From assembly GCA_965214485.1 (NCBI GenBank), contig CBDCBW010000010.1:130594-194593 (forward strand): a stretch of DNA of 64,000 nucleotides, read 5' to 3'. Source of the stretch: Rhodothermales bacterium. GTDB lineage: Bacteria; Bacteroidota; Rhodothermia; Rhodothermales; JANQRZ01. Below, piece by piece: positions 1 to 9,112 of the stretch (its first letter is position 1; each line of letters opens with the position of its first letter). The notes beneath the pieces are model-generated. The model was not told the DNA's origin. It was given only the letters and a program-made list of their open reading frames with translations, and did no database searches. The translations under genes were made by a program, and so were the position numbers.

Positions 1-90
1 GTGCTCCGCCCTCGCCTCCCGCTCGACCGACCGACCGTGGACGTGCCGTCGTTTTTCCGCGCGGAGCACGCGGTGGAGGTTCCCGAGTGA
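1..90 (+). CDS. 3' end of an upstream gene (partial, product unknown)
   Basis: Frame 1 is open from the window edge to TGA at 88-90 (VLRPRLPLDRPTVDVPSFFRAEHAVEVPE*). The stop overlaps the GTG start of the next gene (GTGA junction), suggesting an operon. Too short to assign a product. Confidence 0.3.
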   Translation: MLRPRLPLDRPTVDVPSFFRAEHAVEVPE

Positions 91-1454
91 GCCCGCCTAC
101 GATCCCCGACCCCGTCCGCGCCGCTGCCTGCGCCCGGCCCGACGCGCCTGCACTCATCGCGCCGGAGAGAGTCGTGACGTACGCCGACCTCCACTGGCGC
201 GTGGCAGCAACCGCTCGCCGCCTGGCCGAATACGGCCTCGCACCCGGCGAGCGTTTTGCGGTCTACCGGCTTCCTGACGCCGACGCCCTCGTCGCGGTGC
301 TCGCGGCCCTCCGGGTGCGCGCCGTCGTTTGCCCGGTCAGTGCGCGGCTGCCGGTCGCTGCCGTGCCGGGGCTGCTCGACCCGCTCGGCATCAGCGTGAT
401 CGCCACGGCTTCTGACGGGATGGGGGACGAGGCGAGCGTGCTCCGCCTCGACACCTCCGCCGACGGCTCGGACGGGGAAGGCCCCGCGCCGTGGGGGCTC
501 ACGGATCCGGCTACGCTCGTTTTCACCTCCGGGAGCACGGGCGTGCCGAAGGCGGCGCTCCACAGCGTCGGCAGTCACGTTGCGAGCGCGCGCGGTTCCG
601 TCGCTTTCCTCGGACTGAGGCCCGGCGACCGCTGGCTCCTCACCCTTCCGCTCTACCACGTCGGCGGCCTCGCCGTTCTGTTTCGGTGTGTGCTCGCGGG
701 CGCGGCAGTTGTGCTCCCGGACGAGGGCGTGCCGATAGAACAGGCGGTCTCGGAGCACGGTGTCACCCACACGTCGCTCGTAGCGACGCAGCTTCTTCGC
801 GTGCTGCGAGGTGGCCGGCCGGAGGCCCTCGGCAGGATGCAAGCGGTTCTGCTCGGAGGAAGCGCGGTCCCGCCGGGCCTCGTCGCCGAAGCGCACGCGC
901 TTGGCCTCCCGATCCACACGTCGTACGGGCTCACCGAGATGGCCTCGACCGTCGCCGCCACCCCGCCCGGTGCCTCGCTCGACGCCCTCTCGACCTCGGG
1001 CGTTGTGCTGCCCGACCGCGCGGTGAGGCTGGCCGACGACGGCGAGATTCTCGTCCGGGGCGCGACGCTCTTCGAGGGGTACGTCGAAGGCGAAACGGTC
1101 GCGCTGCCGACCGGTGCCGGGGGCTGGTTTCCCACGGGCGACCTGGGCGCGTGGGCCGAGACCGACGGGGGCCGGATGCTGCGCGTGGTCGGGCGGAAGG
1201 ACCACCTGTTCATCTCCGGCGGCGAGAACGTGCAGCCCGAAGAGATCGAGGCCGCGCTCGGGCGGATCAACGGCGTCCGGCGGTCGGTCGTCGTGCCTGT
1301 CGGCGATGACGAGTTCGGGCAGCGGCCCCTCGCATTCGTGGACGCGGAAGAGTGGACCCCGGAGGCGTGGCGCGAGGCGCTCAGCGCCGTGCTGCCTCGG
1401 TTCAAAATCCCCGATGCGTTCCACCCCTGGCCGGACGATGCGCCGCCTGGATGA
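87..1454 (+). CDS. AMP-dependent synthetase/ligase, o-succinylbenzoate-CoA ligase (MenE)-like
   Basis: 455-aa ORF with adenylate-forming motifs TSGSTGVPKAA, LYHVGGL, SYGLTEM, GDLG and ISGGENVQPEEIE. Size and LYHVGG motif are typical of MenE-type ligases. Confidence 0.7.
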   Translation: MSPPTIPDPVRAAACARPDAPALIAPERVVTYADLHWRVAATARRLAEYGLAPGERFAVYRLPDADALVAVLAALRVRAVVCPVSARLPVAAVPGLLDPLGISVIATASDGMGDEASVLRLDTSADGSDGEGPAPWGLTDPATLVFTSGSTGVPKAALHSVGSHVASARGSVAFLGLRPGDRWLLTLPLYHVGGLAVLFRCVLAGAAVVLPDEGVPIEQAVSEHGVTHTSLVATQLLRVLRGGRPEALGRMQAVLLGGSAVPPGLVAEAHALGLPIHTSYGLTEMASTVAATPPGASLDALSTSGVVLPDRAVRLADDGEILVRGATLFEGYVEGETVALPTGAGGWFPTGDLGAWAETDGGRMLRVVGRKDHLFISGGENVQPEEIEAALGRINGVRRSVVVPVGDDEFGQRPLAFVDAEEWTPEAWREALSAVLPRFKIPDAFHPWPDDAPPG

Positions 1455-1508
1455 AGCCGGACCGGGTGTGGCTCCGGGACCGGGGACGCAGGGCTGGGTC
1501 GGGGCGCT

Positions 1509-1577
1509 ATACCCAATCCGTTTGATCCGCGCGTGATTGCTTAGGCGGCCCCTCCCCCCGGTCCCCTCCCCCCCTCC
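1509..1577. repeat. Dispersed intergenic element, copy A (first half only)
   Basis: atacccaatccgtttgatccgcgcgtgattgcttaggcggcccctccccccgg closely matches 13102-13150. It begins with a YPNPF-codon-like string (compare taccccaatccgtttgcc encoding YPNPFA at about 41200). Confidence 0.6.
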
Positions 1578-1578
1578 A

Positions 1579-1635
1579 GAAAATTATGCTAATTAATTTC
1601 AATATATAACTTTTTTTGACGTATGTTTCACATGG
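1579..1635 (+). promoter_or_regulatory. AT-rich island, probable promoter region for the 1885 gene
   Basis: gaaaattatgctaattaatttcaatatataactttttttgacgtatgtttc is a sharp AT-rich patch in high-GC DNA, about 250 nt upstream of the ATG at 1885. No exact consensus boxes could be assigned. Confidence 0.35.
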
Positions 1636-1884
1636 ATGCACCTGTGTTGAAAAGGAGAACGTGTGACGACGGAGGGACATCCACAGCGCTACGAGCCGGA
1701 GTGTGACCCTTTCTGCTCGCGGCGGTAGCGCCTCTCACCCCTTCTCACCTCAAGCCAGGGATGGTCTCACCTTTCAGGTATACGGGCTAGCGACCTAGCG
1801 CCCACGCGTTTTTTCGGTACTCGGCCTCTGTGCGGCCGTCGTGATGGAGGAGGGGATGCTGTTCACCCCAACCCCCAACCCATC

Positions 1885-4800
1885 ATGTCTCACCCCATTT
1901 CCTCTGCGAGCCTCTCCGGGCCGCGCTCCGTCCCGCTCGCGCCGGCCCTTCTCCGCGCGGCGCTGCTCCTGCTGCTTCTCGTCGGGAGCGGCCTGACCGC
2001 CACGGTCTCTGCCCAGGGAGCCGTCGTAGACTTCATCCTCGTCGACGCTGAGGTGGACCGTGACCTCTCGGACTTCGGGAGCGAGTCCACGCTCGATACG
2101 AAGACCCTTCCCCCGTTCACGATCCGGGCCGAGACCGACCCGGACCAGGTCGGGAGCGTGCGGTTCGTGCTCACGAACGACTCGACCGGCGGCACCGTTC
2201 AGCAGGAGAACGACAACGTGCCGCCCTACGCGCTCAACAACGACGACGCCGGGGACTTCACCGCGCTCGCGCTCGCGGACGGGTCGTACACCCTCACGGC
2301 CACCCCCTACTCGGGCAGCAACGCGGGCGGCATGGCCGGCGACTCGCTCGTGGTCACCTTCACGGTGGTCTCGGATTCCACCGGCTCAGAGATCGAGTCG
2401 GGCGTCGAGGCCGAGGCCGAGGCCGAGGCCGAGGCCGAGGTCGAGGCTGAAGTGGCAGACGGCGTGGGCGCAGCAGCGGCGGCCATCGGCGCGGCAGCGG
2501 CGGCCTCGGGCAGCAACGCCGTCGCCGAGGCTTCCTCCTCGGCGTCCGGCGTGATCTCGCACCGCACCCCGGCCCCGCGCGACCCGGGCGCGCAGGCCCA
2601 GGACCCGTTCGCCGGACGGGCCTCGGCCCCGCCGACCCAGGCGCGCACCTTACTCGAGAGCGCCGAGGCGGAGTCCGAGTCCGAGGTCGAGGCTGAAGCC
2701 GAAGCCGAAGTGACGAACGGCGCTGCGGTCGCGATCGGCGGCACCTCGGCCGCCGCCGCCGCCGTCGGCACGAGCGTCTACCTCTTCGACGACGGCTCCA
2801 TCGACCCCATCCCCGGCGACACCGACGTGCGGACCGAGATTGGAACCTCGACCATCACCGACGTATCGCGCCTCCTCATTCCCTACTACGTGGACGACCA
2901 GGGGGACGAAGGTAGCGGTTCGGCGTCGCGGTCGCAGGACCCGGTGCTCGAAATCGACACCGAGGCCGAAGTCGAGGCCGAAGTTGAAGTCGAGGCCGAG
3001 GTCGACGTCACGCCGGGGGCCGCCGCAGCGGTCTCGACGGGCGGGGCTGCCGTCTCCGCCGCCGGGGACTTCGCCCGCACCGACACCGACCTCTCCGTCG
3101 CCACGTCCGCCGTCACCTCGACTGTGCGCGAGCGCCGCCCGGCCCTCTTCCAGGACCGCGAGGACGGCCCGAACGAAAACGGGGGCGGCGCGTCGCGCGG
3201 CACCTTCGACGAGGACTTCGCCTCAGTTCGGCGCGGGATGACCGACGGCAAGGGGCTGTTCGAGGCTGAGGCCGAAGCCGAGGTCGAAGCCGAAGCCGAG
3301 GCCGAGGCCGACAACAACGCGGCCGCCGCCGCGGGCGTCGCCAGCGGCGGGGGCGGCTCGACCGGGCTCGGGGCGACCTCGCAGGTCGCGGCCTCCACCA
3401 CGGCCTCGACCTCGACGCGCCGGTGGGCGGGCTACCTCTACCGCCTCACTGACGGCTACGCCTACTACCTCAACCGCCGGCGGGCCGGCGTGATCGTGGA
3501 CGAGGCCGAAGCCACCGCCGAGGTCGATCCCGTCATAGCCACCGCCACGATCCCTGACGACGGCCCGCCCATGACGACGGCCTCTTCGACGGCGACGGCC
3601 GACGGCGACGCCACCGCCACCGCCACGTCCAACCTCGCGGGGAGCTACGGATCCAACGCCGCGCGGGACGGCGGCGAGCCGGTTCTCCTTTCGGGCGGCT
3701 CGCTCGGCGGCGCGCAGCGCGAGGCCGGGACCCACGCCGCGCGGCCCGAGCGCTCGCCCGTCCTCGCCTCGGCGCACCGGAGCGGCAACCTCGAGTCCGA
3801 GGTCGAGTCCGAGGCCGAGGCCGAAGCCGAAGCCGAGACGGACTTCGAGTCGGCCTCGGCGGCGGCGGCGGCGGTGGCGGTGCAGGCCGAGAACGGGCTG
3901 CTCCCGACGCCCGCCGACGCCGCGGCGGCGACCTCGACCTCGACGAGCGTCTTCAACCGGGGCCAGAACCGCAACGCCGAACGCGTCGAGCCCGGCCCCG
4001 CGCCGGAGGGCGACCGGGGCGGCCTGCCGCGCCCGATCATCGACCTGTCGCACTTCGCCTTCGAGGTCGAGGCCGAAGCCGAGGCCGAGGCCGAGGTCGG
4101 CTACGTCGCCGGGGCCGCTGCGGCCTCCGCCGCCGGGGCGGGCCGCGACGACCTCCAGGCCGACACCCGCGCGGCGACGTCGCCCTACGCCGCCGCTGCC
4201 GCCGCCGCCACCGGCCCCGTCATCACCCTCTCCGTCTCGATCCCGACGGGGAACAGCTCAGGGTCCGTCACCGCGACCGCCACCGCCGACGACCCCGACT
4301 GCAAGGCCGTCGCCGTCGCCGTCGCCGTTGCGGGCACGCCGCACCTCGACGGCTCGGACAACGAGTCGGAGTGGGAGGACGAGACCGAGCCCGGCGAGTG
4401 CCGCCCGCTGTCGGTCTCGGTGAGTGTGCAGACGGACCCGTCCTCGGTGGAGACGCCCCAGTTCGCGCTCGAGGACCCCGGCCCCGCCGACAGCACCAAC
4501 GGCGGAGGCAGCGGCCCGCCGCCGCAGTTCGTCGAAAACGGCTTCGGCATCGAGAGCGAGTCCGAGGCCGAAGCCGAGGCCGAAGCCGAAGCCGACTACG
4601 GCGTCGCCGCCGCCGCCGTCGGGTCCGCCGCGGCCGGCCGCCGGCCCGTCGTCTCGGCCCGGACCTCGACCTCGACGCGGACCTACCGGGGGGGCTACGA
4701 CTTCCCCGACAGCGGGAGCTTCGCCCGGATCTCGGACCTCACCGGGACCGCCGAGGGCGACCGGGCCACGCTCCGGTGGGAGGCCGCCGACGGCGTCTTC

Positions 4801-5295
4801 CTCGTCGAGCACCGGCAGGGCGAGGACTTCGCGCTCGTCGGGACCGTCGAGGGCATCAGCGAGGCCCCGGCGCGGCGCGGCTACCTGTTCCGCACCGAAG
4901 CGCTCGCGCCGGGCCGCCACCGGCTCCGCGTGCGCCTGGCCGAGGGTGCCCCGCCCTCGCGCGGGACCGCCGCCGGGCCGGACGCGCAGAGCCTCACCGG
5001 GATTGAGGTGGACGTGGACATCGAGCAGGTCGAGCCCGTGACCGTCGGCGTCTACCCCAACCCGTTCCGGGATCGGACGCAGCTCGTCCTTCGCCTCGCG
5101 CGGGACCAGGAGGCGACGGTCGAGGCGTTCGACGTGCTCGGCCGGCGCGTGGCGCTGCTGCACGAGGGCGACCTCGAGGCGGGCACGACGCACACGTTCA
5201 CGCTCGACGCGCGCAGCCTCGCCAGCGGGGTCTACGTCCTCCGCGTCCAGGCGGGCGACGTGGTCCAGAACCACCGCGTCACGCTCGTCCGCTAG
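1885..5295 (+). CDS. Large secreted T9SS-sorted protein with repeated (Glu-Ala/Val/Ser)n + poly-Ala/Gly modules
   Basis: 1136 aa. N-terminal signal-like hydrophobic stretch (LLRAALLLLLLVGSGLTATVSAQG). At least 7 tracts such as EAEAEAEAEVEAEV, each followed by an Ala/Gly-rich segment. The C-terminal about 80 aa (VYPNPFRDRTQLVL...SGVYVLRVQAG...VTLVR) match the T9SS C-terminal sorting domain pattern. Confidence 0.8.
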   Translation: MSHPISSASLSGPRSVPLAPALLRAALLLLLLVGSGLTATVSAQGAVVDFILVDAEVDRDLSDFGSESTLDTKTLPPFTIRAETDPDQVGSVRFVLTNDSTGGTVQQENDNVPPYALNNDDAGDFTALALADGSYTLTATPYSGSNAGGMAGDSLVVTFTVVSDSTGSEIESGVEAEAEAEAEAEVEAEVADGVGAAAAAIGAAAAASGSNAVAEASSSASGVISHRTPAPRDPGAQAQDPFAGRASAPPTQARTLLESAEAESESEVEAEAEAEVTNGAAVAIGGTSAAAAAVGTSVYLFDDGSIDPIPGDTDVRTEIGTSTITDVSRLLIPYYVDDQGDEGSGSASRSQDPVLEIDTEAEVEAEVEVEAEVDVTPGAAAAVSTGGAAVSAAGDFARTDTDLSVATSAVTSTVRERRPALFQDREDGPNENGGGASRGTFDEDFASVRRGMTDGKGLFEAEAEAEVEAEAEAEADNNAAAAAGVASGGGGSTGLGATSQVAASTTASTSTRRWAGYLYRLTDGYAYYLNRRRAGVIVDEAEATAEVDPVIATATIPDDGPPMTTASSTATADGDATATATSNLAGSYGSNAARDGGEPVLLSGGSLGGAQREAGTHAARPERSPVLASAHRSGNLESEVESEAEAEAEAETDFESASAAAAAVAVQAENGLLPTPADAAAATSTSTSVFNRGQNRNAERVEPGPAPEGDRGGLPRPIIDLSHFAFEVEAEAEAEAEVGYVAGAAAASAAGAGRDDLQADTRAATSPYAAAAAAATGPVITLSVSIPTGNSSGSVTATATADDPDCKAVAVAVAVAGTPHLDGSDNESEWEDETEPGECRPLSVSVSVQTDPSSVETPQFALEDPGPADSTNGGGSGPPPQFVENGFGIESESEAEAEAEAEADYGVAAAAVGSAAAGRRPVVSARTSTSTRTYRGGYDFPDSGSFARISDLTGTAEGDRATLRWEAADGVFLVEHRQGEDFALVGTVEGISEAPARRGYLFRTEALAPGRHRLRVRLAEGAPPSRGTAAGPDAQSLTGIEVDVDIEQVEPVTVGVYPNPFRDRTQLVLRLARDQEATVEAFDVLGRRVALLHEGDLEAGTTHTFTLDARSLASGVYVLRVQAGDVVQNHRVTLVR
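2407..4594 (+). repeat. In-frame GAG/GAA-GCC/GTC hexanucleotide tracts (coding EA/EV repeats)
   Basis: Tracts start near 2407, 2662, 2962, 3262, 3792, 4072 and 4552. The first four are spaced about 255-300 nt apart. They generate the many RP-, GL- and AS-rich shadow ORFs in the track. Confidence 0.8.
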
Positions 5296-5319
5296 GCGCT
5301 GCCTGGCCGACGCAGCATC

Positions 5320-5353
5320 GGGAGCCGCTGCCCCTCACCGGGCGGCGGCTCCC
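5320..5353. terminator. GC-rich hairpin between convergent genes (possible bidirectional terminator)
   Basis: gggagccgc (5320-5328) pairs with gcggctccc (5345-5353) around a 16-nt loop. It lies between the stops at 5295 (+) and 5366 (-). No clear U-tract. Confidence 0.4.
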
Positions 5354-5365
5354 AGCGCGTCGGCC

Positions 5366-6754
5366 CTAGGCTTCCTGCTGCGCGTAGGCGTCGAGGAAGC
5401 GGATCGAGGCCTCGATGCCCTGGTGGAAGCGGTCGAGGCCGAAGCGCTCGTTGGGGCTGTGGATGGCGTCGGAGTCCAGGCCGAAGCCCATCAGCACGGT
5501 GTCGAGCCCGAGCAGCCGCTTGAAGTCGGCGACGACGGGGATCGACCCGCCCTCGCGCGTGAAGTGCGGGCGCTGCCCGAAGACACCCTCGAGCGCCTGC
5601 GCCGCCGCCTGCATCGCCGGAGCCGAGGTGTCGACGATGGCCCCGTGGCCGCCGTGGAGGTCGCGGAAGTCGAGCGTCATCGTCTCCGGAAGGTGCGCCT
5701 CGAAGTGGCGGCGGAGCTTGGCGGTGATCTCGTCCGGGGTCTGGTCCGGGACGAGGCGGCACGAGATTTTGGCCGTCGCCTTCGACGGGAGCACGGTCTT
5801 CGCCCCCTTGCCGGTGTAGCCGCCCCAGAGGCCGTTCACGTCGAGTGTCGGGCGGCCGGAGGTGCCCTCGAGGACGGTGTACCCCTGCTCCGTCTTGGCG
5901 GCCTTGACGCCGGCCTCCTCGCGCCACCGGGCCTCGTCGAACGGGAGCCGGCGGTAGCCCTCGCGCTCCTCGTCGCTGAGGTCGCGGACGCGCTCGTAGA
6001 AGCCCTCGACGGTGACGCGGTGGCCCGCGTCGTGCAGGTCCGCGATCATCCTGCACAGGGCGTTGACCGGGTTCTCGACGCCGCCGCCGTAGACGCCCGA
6101 GTGGAGGTCGCGCGCCGGGCCGGTGAGCTCGACCTCGACGTAGGCCAGCCCGCGCAGGCCGTAGGCGATCGACGGGACGCCGGGCGCGAAGAGCGACGTG
6201 TCCGAGACGAGCACCACGTCGGCGGCGAGGAGGTCCCGGTGCTGCTCGATGAACGGCGCGAGGTGGACGCTGCCGCTCTCCTCCTCCCCCTCGACGAGCA
6301 TCTTGAGGTTCACCGGCAGCTCGGCCCCGCTCTGGAGGTACGCCTCGGCGGCCTTGACGTGCATGAAGGCCTGCCCCTTGTCGTCGGCGGCCCCGCGCGC
6401 GACGAGGTTGCCGCCCTTGACGACCGGCTCGAACGGCGGCGAGTCCCACAGCTCGAGCGGGTCGGGCGGCTGCACATCGTAGTGCCCGTAGACGAGCACC
6501 GTCGGGGCGTCGTCCGAGACGCGGTGCTCGGCGTAGACGATGGGGTGGCCCGGGCTCGTGGGCGAGCCCGTCTCCATGACCTCGACTTTCCGGACCCCGA
6601 TGCGCCGAAGGTCGGCGGCGAGCCAGTCCGCCGCGCGGCGGGTGTCGGCGTCGTAGTCGGAGTCGGTCGAGATCGAGGGGATGCGGAGCCAGTCGGTGAG
6701 CTGCTCGACGAAGGGGTCGGCGTGGGACCGGGCGTAGGCGAGGGCGTCTTGCAT
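5366..6754 (-). CDS. M20-family dipeptidase / metallopeptidase
   Basis: 462 aa with the M20/M25/M40 pattern: IPSIS near the N-terminus, YGHYDVQP, GRGAADDKG, EGEEESGS. Confidence 0.75.
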   Translation of the reverse strand: MQDALAYARSHADPFVEQLTDWLRIPSISTDSDYDADTRRAADWLAADLRRIGVRKVEVMETGSPTSPGHPIVYAEHRVSDDAPTVLVYGHYDVQPPDPLELWDSPPFEPVVKGGNLVARGAADDKGQAFMHVKAAEAYLQSGAELPVNLKMLVEGEEESGSVHLAPFIEQHRDLLAADVVLVSDTSLFAPGVPSIAYGLRGLAYVEVELTGPARDLHSGVYGGGVENPVNALCRMIADLHDAGHRVTVEGFYERVRDLSDEEREGYRRLPFDEARWREEAGVKAAKTEQGYTVLEGTSGRPTLDVNGLWGGYTGKGAKTVLPSKATAKISCRLVPDQTPDEITAKLRRHFEAHLPETMTLDFRDLHGGHGAIVDTSAPAMQAAAQALEGVFGQRPHFTREGGSIPVVADFKRLLGLDTVLMGFGLDSDAIHSPNERFGLDRFHQGIEASIRFLDAYAQQEA

Positions 6755-6782
6755 GAGGCTGTTAGCTGTTGACCGTTAGCTG

Positions 6783-7562
6783 TCAGGTGGAGAGCGAGGA
6801 GCTAATGGCTGAAGAGCCAACAGCTTTTCTCGCCACCAAAATAAGCCGGGGCGACCCGGCGGTGTGCGGTCCGCCGTCGTAGCCGCCGAAGGTGGACTCG
6901 AGGGCGAGGCCGGCGGCGGCGTACATCCGGCGGAAGTCTTCGCCCTCGAGGAGGCGGACGCTCTCGGCGAAGGCGTGCGTGTCGCCGTCGCGGTGCAGCG
7001 TGATCTGCTTCTCGACGCGGCGGCCGCCGGCCCCGTCCACGATCCGGCGGCGCTGCACGATGCGGACCCCGTCGACGCTGCGCTCGCTGCGGGGCACGAG
7101 GTGCTCGGCGAGGTACGGCGCGTTGAGGAAGTCCTGGACGAACCACCCGCCCGGGACGAGCGCCCGCGCCACGCCGTCGATCACGCGCTGGTGGTCGGCC
7201 TCGTCGTCGAAGTAGCCGAATGAGGTGAACAGGTTGACGGCCCCGTCGAACTCCGCGCGGAACGCGAGGGCGCGCATGTCGGCCTGCCGGAAGGTGACCG
7301 CCAGCCCTTCGCGCTCGGCGCGGCGGCGGGCGGACTGAAGCGCGTTCTCGGAGAGGTCCACGCCGGTCACGTCGTAGCCGCGCGCGGCGAGGATGCGCGA
7401 GTGCCGCCCGCGCCCGCACGCCACGTCGAGCACCCGGCCGCCCGGCCCAGGCCGCACCGTCCGCTCGATGAGGTCCGCGAGGCGGCGGGCCTCGGAGAGG
7501 TCGCGCTGATCGTAGACCAGCTCGTACGCATCGGAGTCGAACCAGTCTTCGTACCAAGCCAT
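6783..7562 (-). CDS. Class I SAM-dependent methyltransferase
   Basis: 259 aa with motif I VLDVACGRGRHS and acidic-loop GVDLS. Substrate unknown. Confidence 0.7.
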   Translation of the reverse strand: MAWYEDWFDSDAYELVYDQRDLSEARRLADLIERTVRPGPGGRVLDVACGRGRHSRILAARGYDVTGVDLSENALQSARRRAEREGLAVTFRQADMRALAFRAEFDGAVNLFTSFGYFDDEADHQRVIDGVARALVPGGWFVQDFLNAPYLAEHLVPRSERSVDGVRIVQRRRIVDGAGGRRVEKQITLHRDGDTHAFAESVRLLEGEDFRRMYAAAGLALESTFGGYDGGPHTAGSPRLILVARKAVGSSAISSSLST

Positions 7563-7610
7563 AGCGGAGGGCTGAGCTACGAGGGTCGAGGCACGAGTGG
7601 ACGCTTGGTA

Positions 7611-8876
7611 TCAATCATTCGGCACTCGCCACTCGGCATTCGTCACTTCGAAGAGGGCGTCTTCGACGGAGCGCGTCGCCGGGAACCAGCCGAGGACCCG
7701 GCGGACGACGCCGTCGAGGAGGGCGTCCGGGCACGAGGCCCCGGCGGTCAGGACGATGTCCACGGGGCGCTCGGCGGCGGTGGGCCACGGGAACCAGCCC
7801 TCGGTCTCGCGGACGCGGTGGGCGTGCAGGTCGAAGTGGCGGATCGCGCCGCGCCCGATGTCCTCGGCCCCGGAGACGAAGTAGGTCGGCATCCGGGTCT
7901 CGCACAGCTCGACGAGGTGGCTGGTGTTGGACGAGTTGTAGCCGCCGACGACGACGGCGAGATCGGCCCCGTCCTCGATCAGGGCGTAGGTCGCGTCCTG
8001 GTTCTCCTTCGTCGCGTAGCAGAGCGTGTCCGAGGTGTCGGCGAAGTGCTCGCTGAGCTCGCCGGGGTAGCGCGCGGCGACGGCCTCGCGGAGCAGGTCG
8101 GCGATGGCCTGCGTCTCGGTGGCGAGCATCGTGGTCTGGTTGACGACGCCGATGCGCCGGAGGTCGCGCTCGGGGTCGAAGCCGTCGGTGGCGCGGTCGG
8201 CGAAGCGCTCGAAGAAGAACGCCGCGCCCTCGTCGCCCCGGACGACGGCGGCGAGGGCCTCGGCCTCCTCGATGTCGCGGACGACGACGACCGGCGCGCC
8301 GGCCTTCGCGTGCGAGATCGTCGCGCGCGTCTCCTCGTGGTAGCGCTTGCCGTGGACGACGATCGTGTAGTCCTTGCGCCCGATCTGCTCGCTGCGCTTC
8401 CAGACCTTCTCGACGAACGGGCACGTCGTGTTGTACGCCTCGGTCGAGACGCCGCGCGCGCGCAGGTCCGCCTCGATCTCGCGCGTGGTCCCGAAGGCGG
8501 GGATGATGACGAGGTCGTCCGGGCCGAGAGCGTCGAACGGGATGAGCTGCTCGCCGGCGGTGGTCCGGAGGAACCGGATGCCGCGCGCCTCGAGGTCCGC
8601 GTTGACGTGCGGGTTGTGGATCATCTCGGAGAGCAGAAAGACGCGCCCGGCGGCGGCCTTGCCGGGGTGCTCGTCGAGGGCGCGGTAGGCGATCTCGATG
8701 GCGTTCTCGACGCCGTAGCAGAAGCCGAAGTGGCGGGCGATCTTGAAGCGCACCGGGCCGAAGTCGAGGATGCTCGGCGCGAGGTCGCGCTTGCGCGGAT
8801 CGGCCTCGCGGCGGGCGACCTTGACGGCCGAGATGATCGAGCTCTGGTAGAAGTCGGGGACGTCGAACTGGCGCAT
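7611..8876 (-). CDS. ispH: 4-hydroxy-3-methylbut-2-enyl diphosphate reductase (IspH/LytB)
   Basis: FGFCYGVENAIEIAY, NTTCPFVEKVW and SSNTSHLVELC correspond to the three Cys-containing IspH motifs. Start moved to the ATG at 8876 (MRQFDVPDFYQSS); the upstream 50 codons of the track ORF are R/S/P-rich. Confidence 0.85.
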   Translation of the reverse strand: MRQFDVPDFYQSSIISAVKVARREADPRKRDLAPSILDFGPVRFKIARHFGFCYGVENAIEIAYRALDEHPGKAAAGRVFLLSEMIHNPHVNADLEARGIRFLRTTAGEQLIPFDALGPDDLVIIPAFGTTREIEADLRARGVSTEAYNTTCPFVEKVWKRSEQIGRKDYTIVVHGKRYHEETRATISHAKAGAPVVVVRDIEEAEALAAVVRGDEGAAFFFERFADRATDGFDPERDLRRIGVVNQTTMLATETQAIADLLREAVAARYPGELSEHFADTSDTLCYATKENQDATYALIEDGADLAVVVGGYNSSNTSHLVELCETRMPTYFVSGAEDIGRGAIRHFDLHAHRVRETEGWFPWPTAAERPVDIVLTAGASCPDALLDGVVRRVLGWFPATRSVEDALFEVTNAEWRVPND

Positions 8877-9016
8877 GGACGAGAGCGGTGAGCGGCTCCG
8901 GTGAGGAAAGGCGGGGGTGATACGTGGGGGCAGAGACCCGGTTCGTGAAAGGCGCGTGACGGAGGCGACGGCTCCGGAACCACGCCTCGCAGCGCCGAGT
9001 CTGTGTCGCTCCCGGA

Positions 9017-9067
9017 CACTGTGCAAGCTATACCACTGTGCAAGCTATACCACTGTGCAAGCTATTC
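9017..9067. repeat. 17-bp tandem direct repeat x3 in a divergent promoter region
   Basis: cactgtgcaagctatac occurs at 9017-9033 and 9034-9050, and again at 9051-9067 with one mismatch. It lies between the ispH start (8876, -) and the secreted-protein start (9113, +). Confidence 0.9.
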
Positions 9068-9112
9068 CGGGCCGCTTGTGTTCGCCTCTCTCTCGCACGC
9101 CCTCTCCGAATC

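Noticed and set aside
2407-4594. GAGGCC-type repeat arrays considered as CRISPR or non-coding microsatellites
   Set aside because: They are in frame inside one long ORF with an intact signal peptide and T9SS CTD. They have no unique spacers of regular length and no cas genes nearby.
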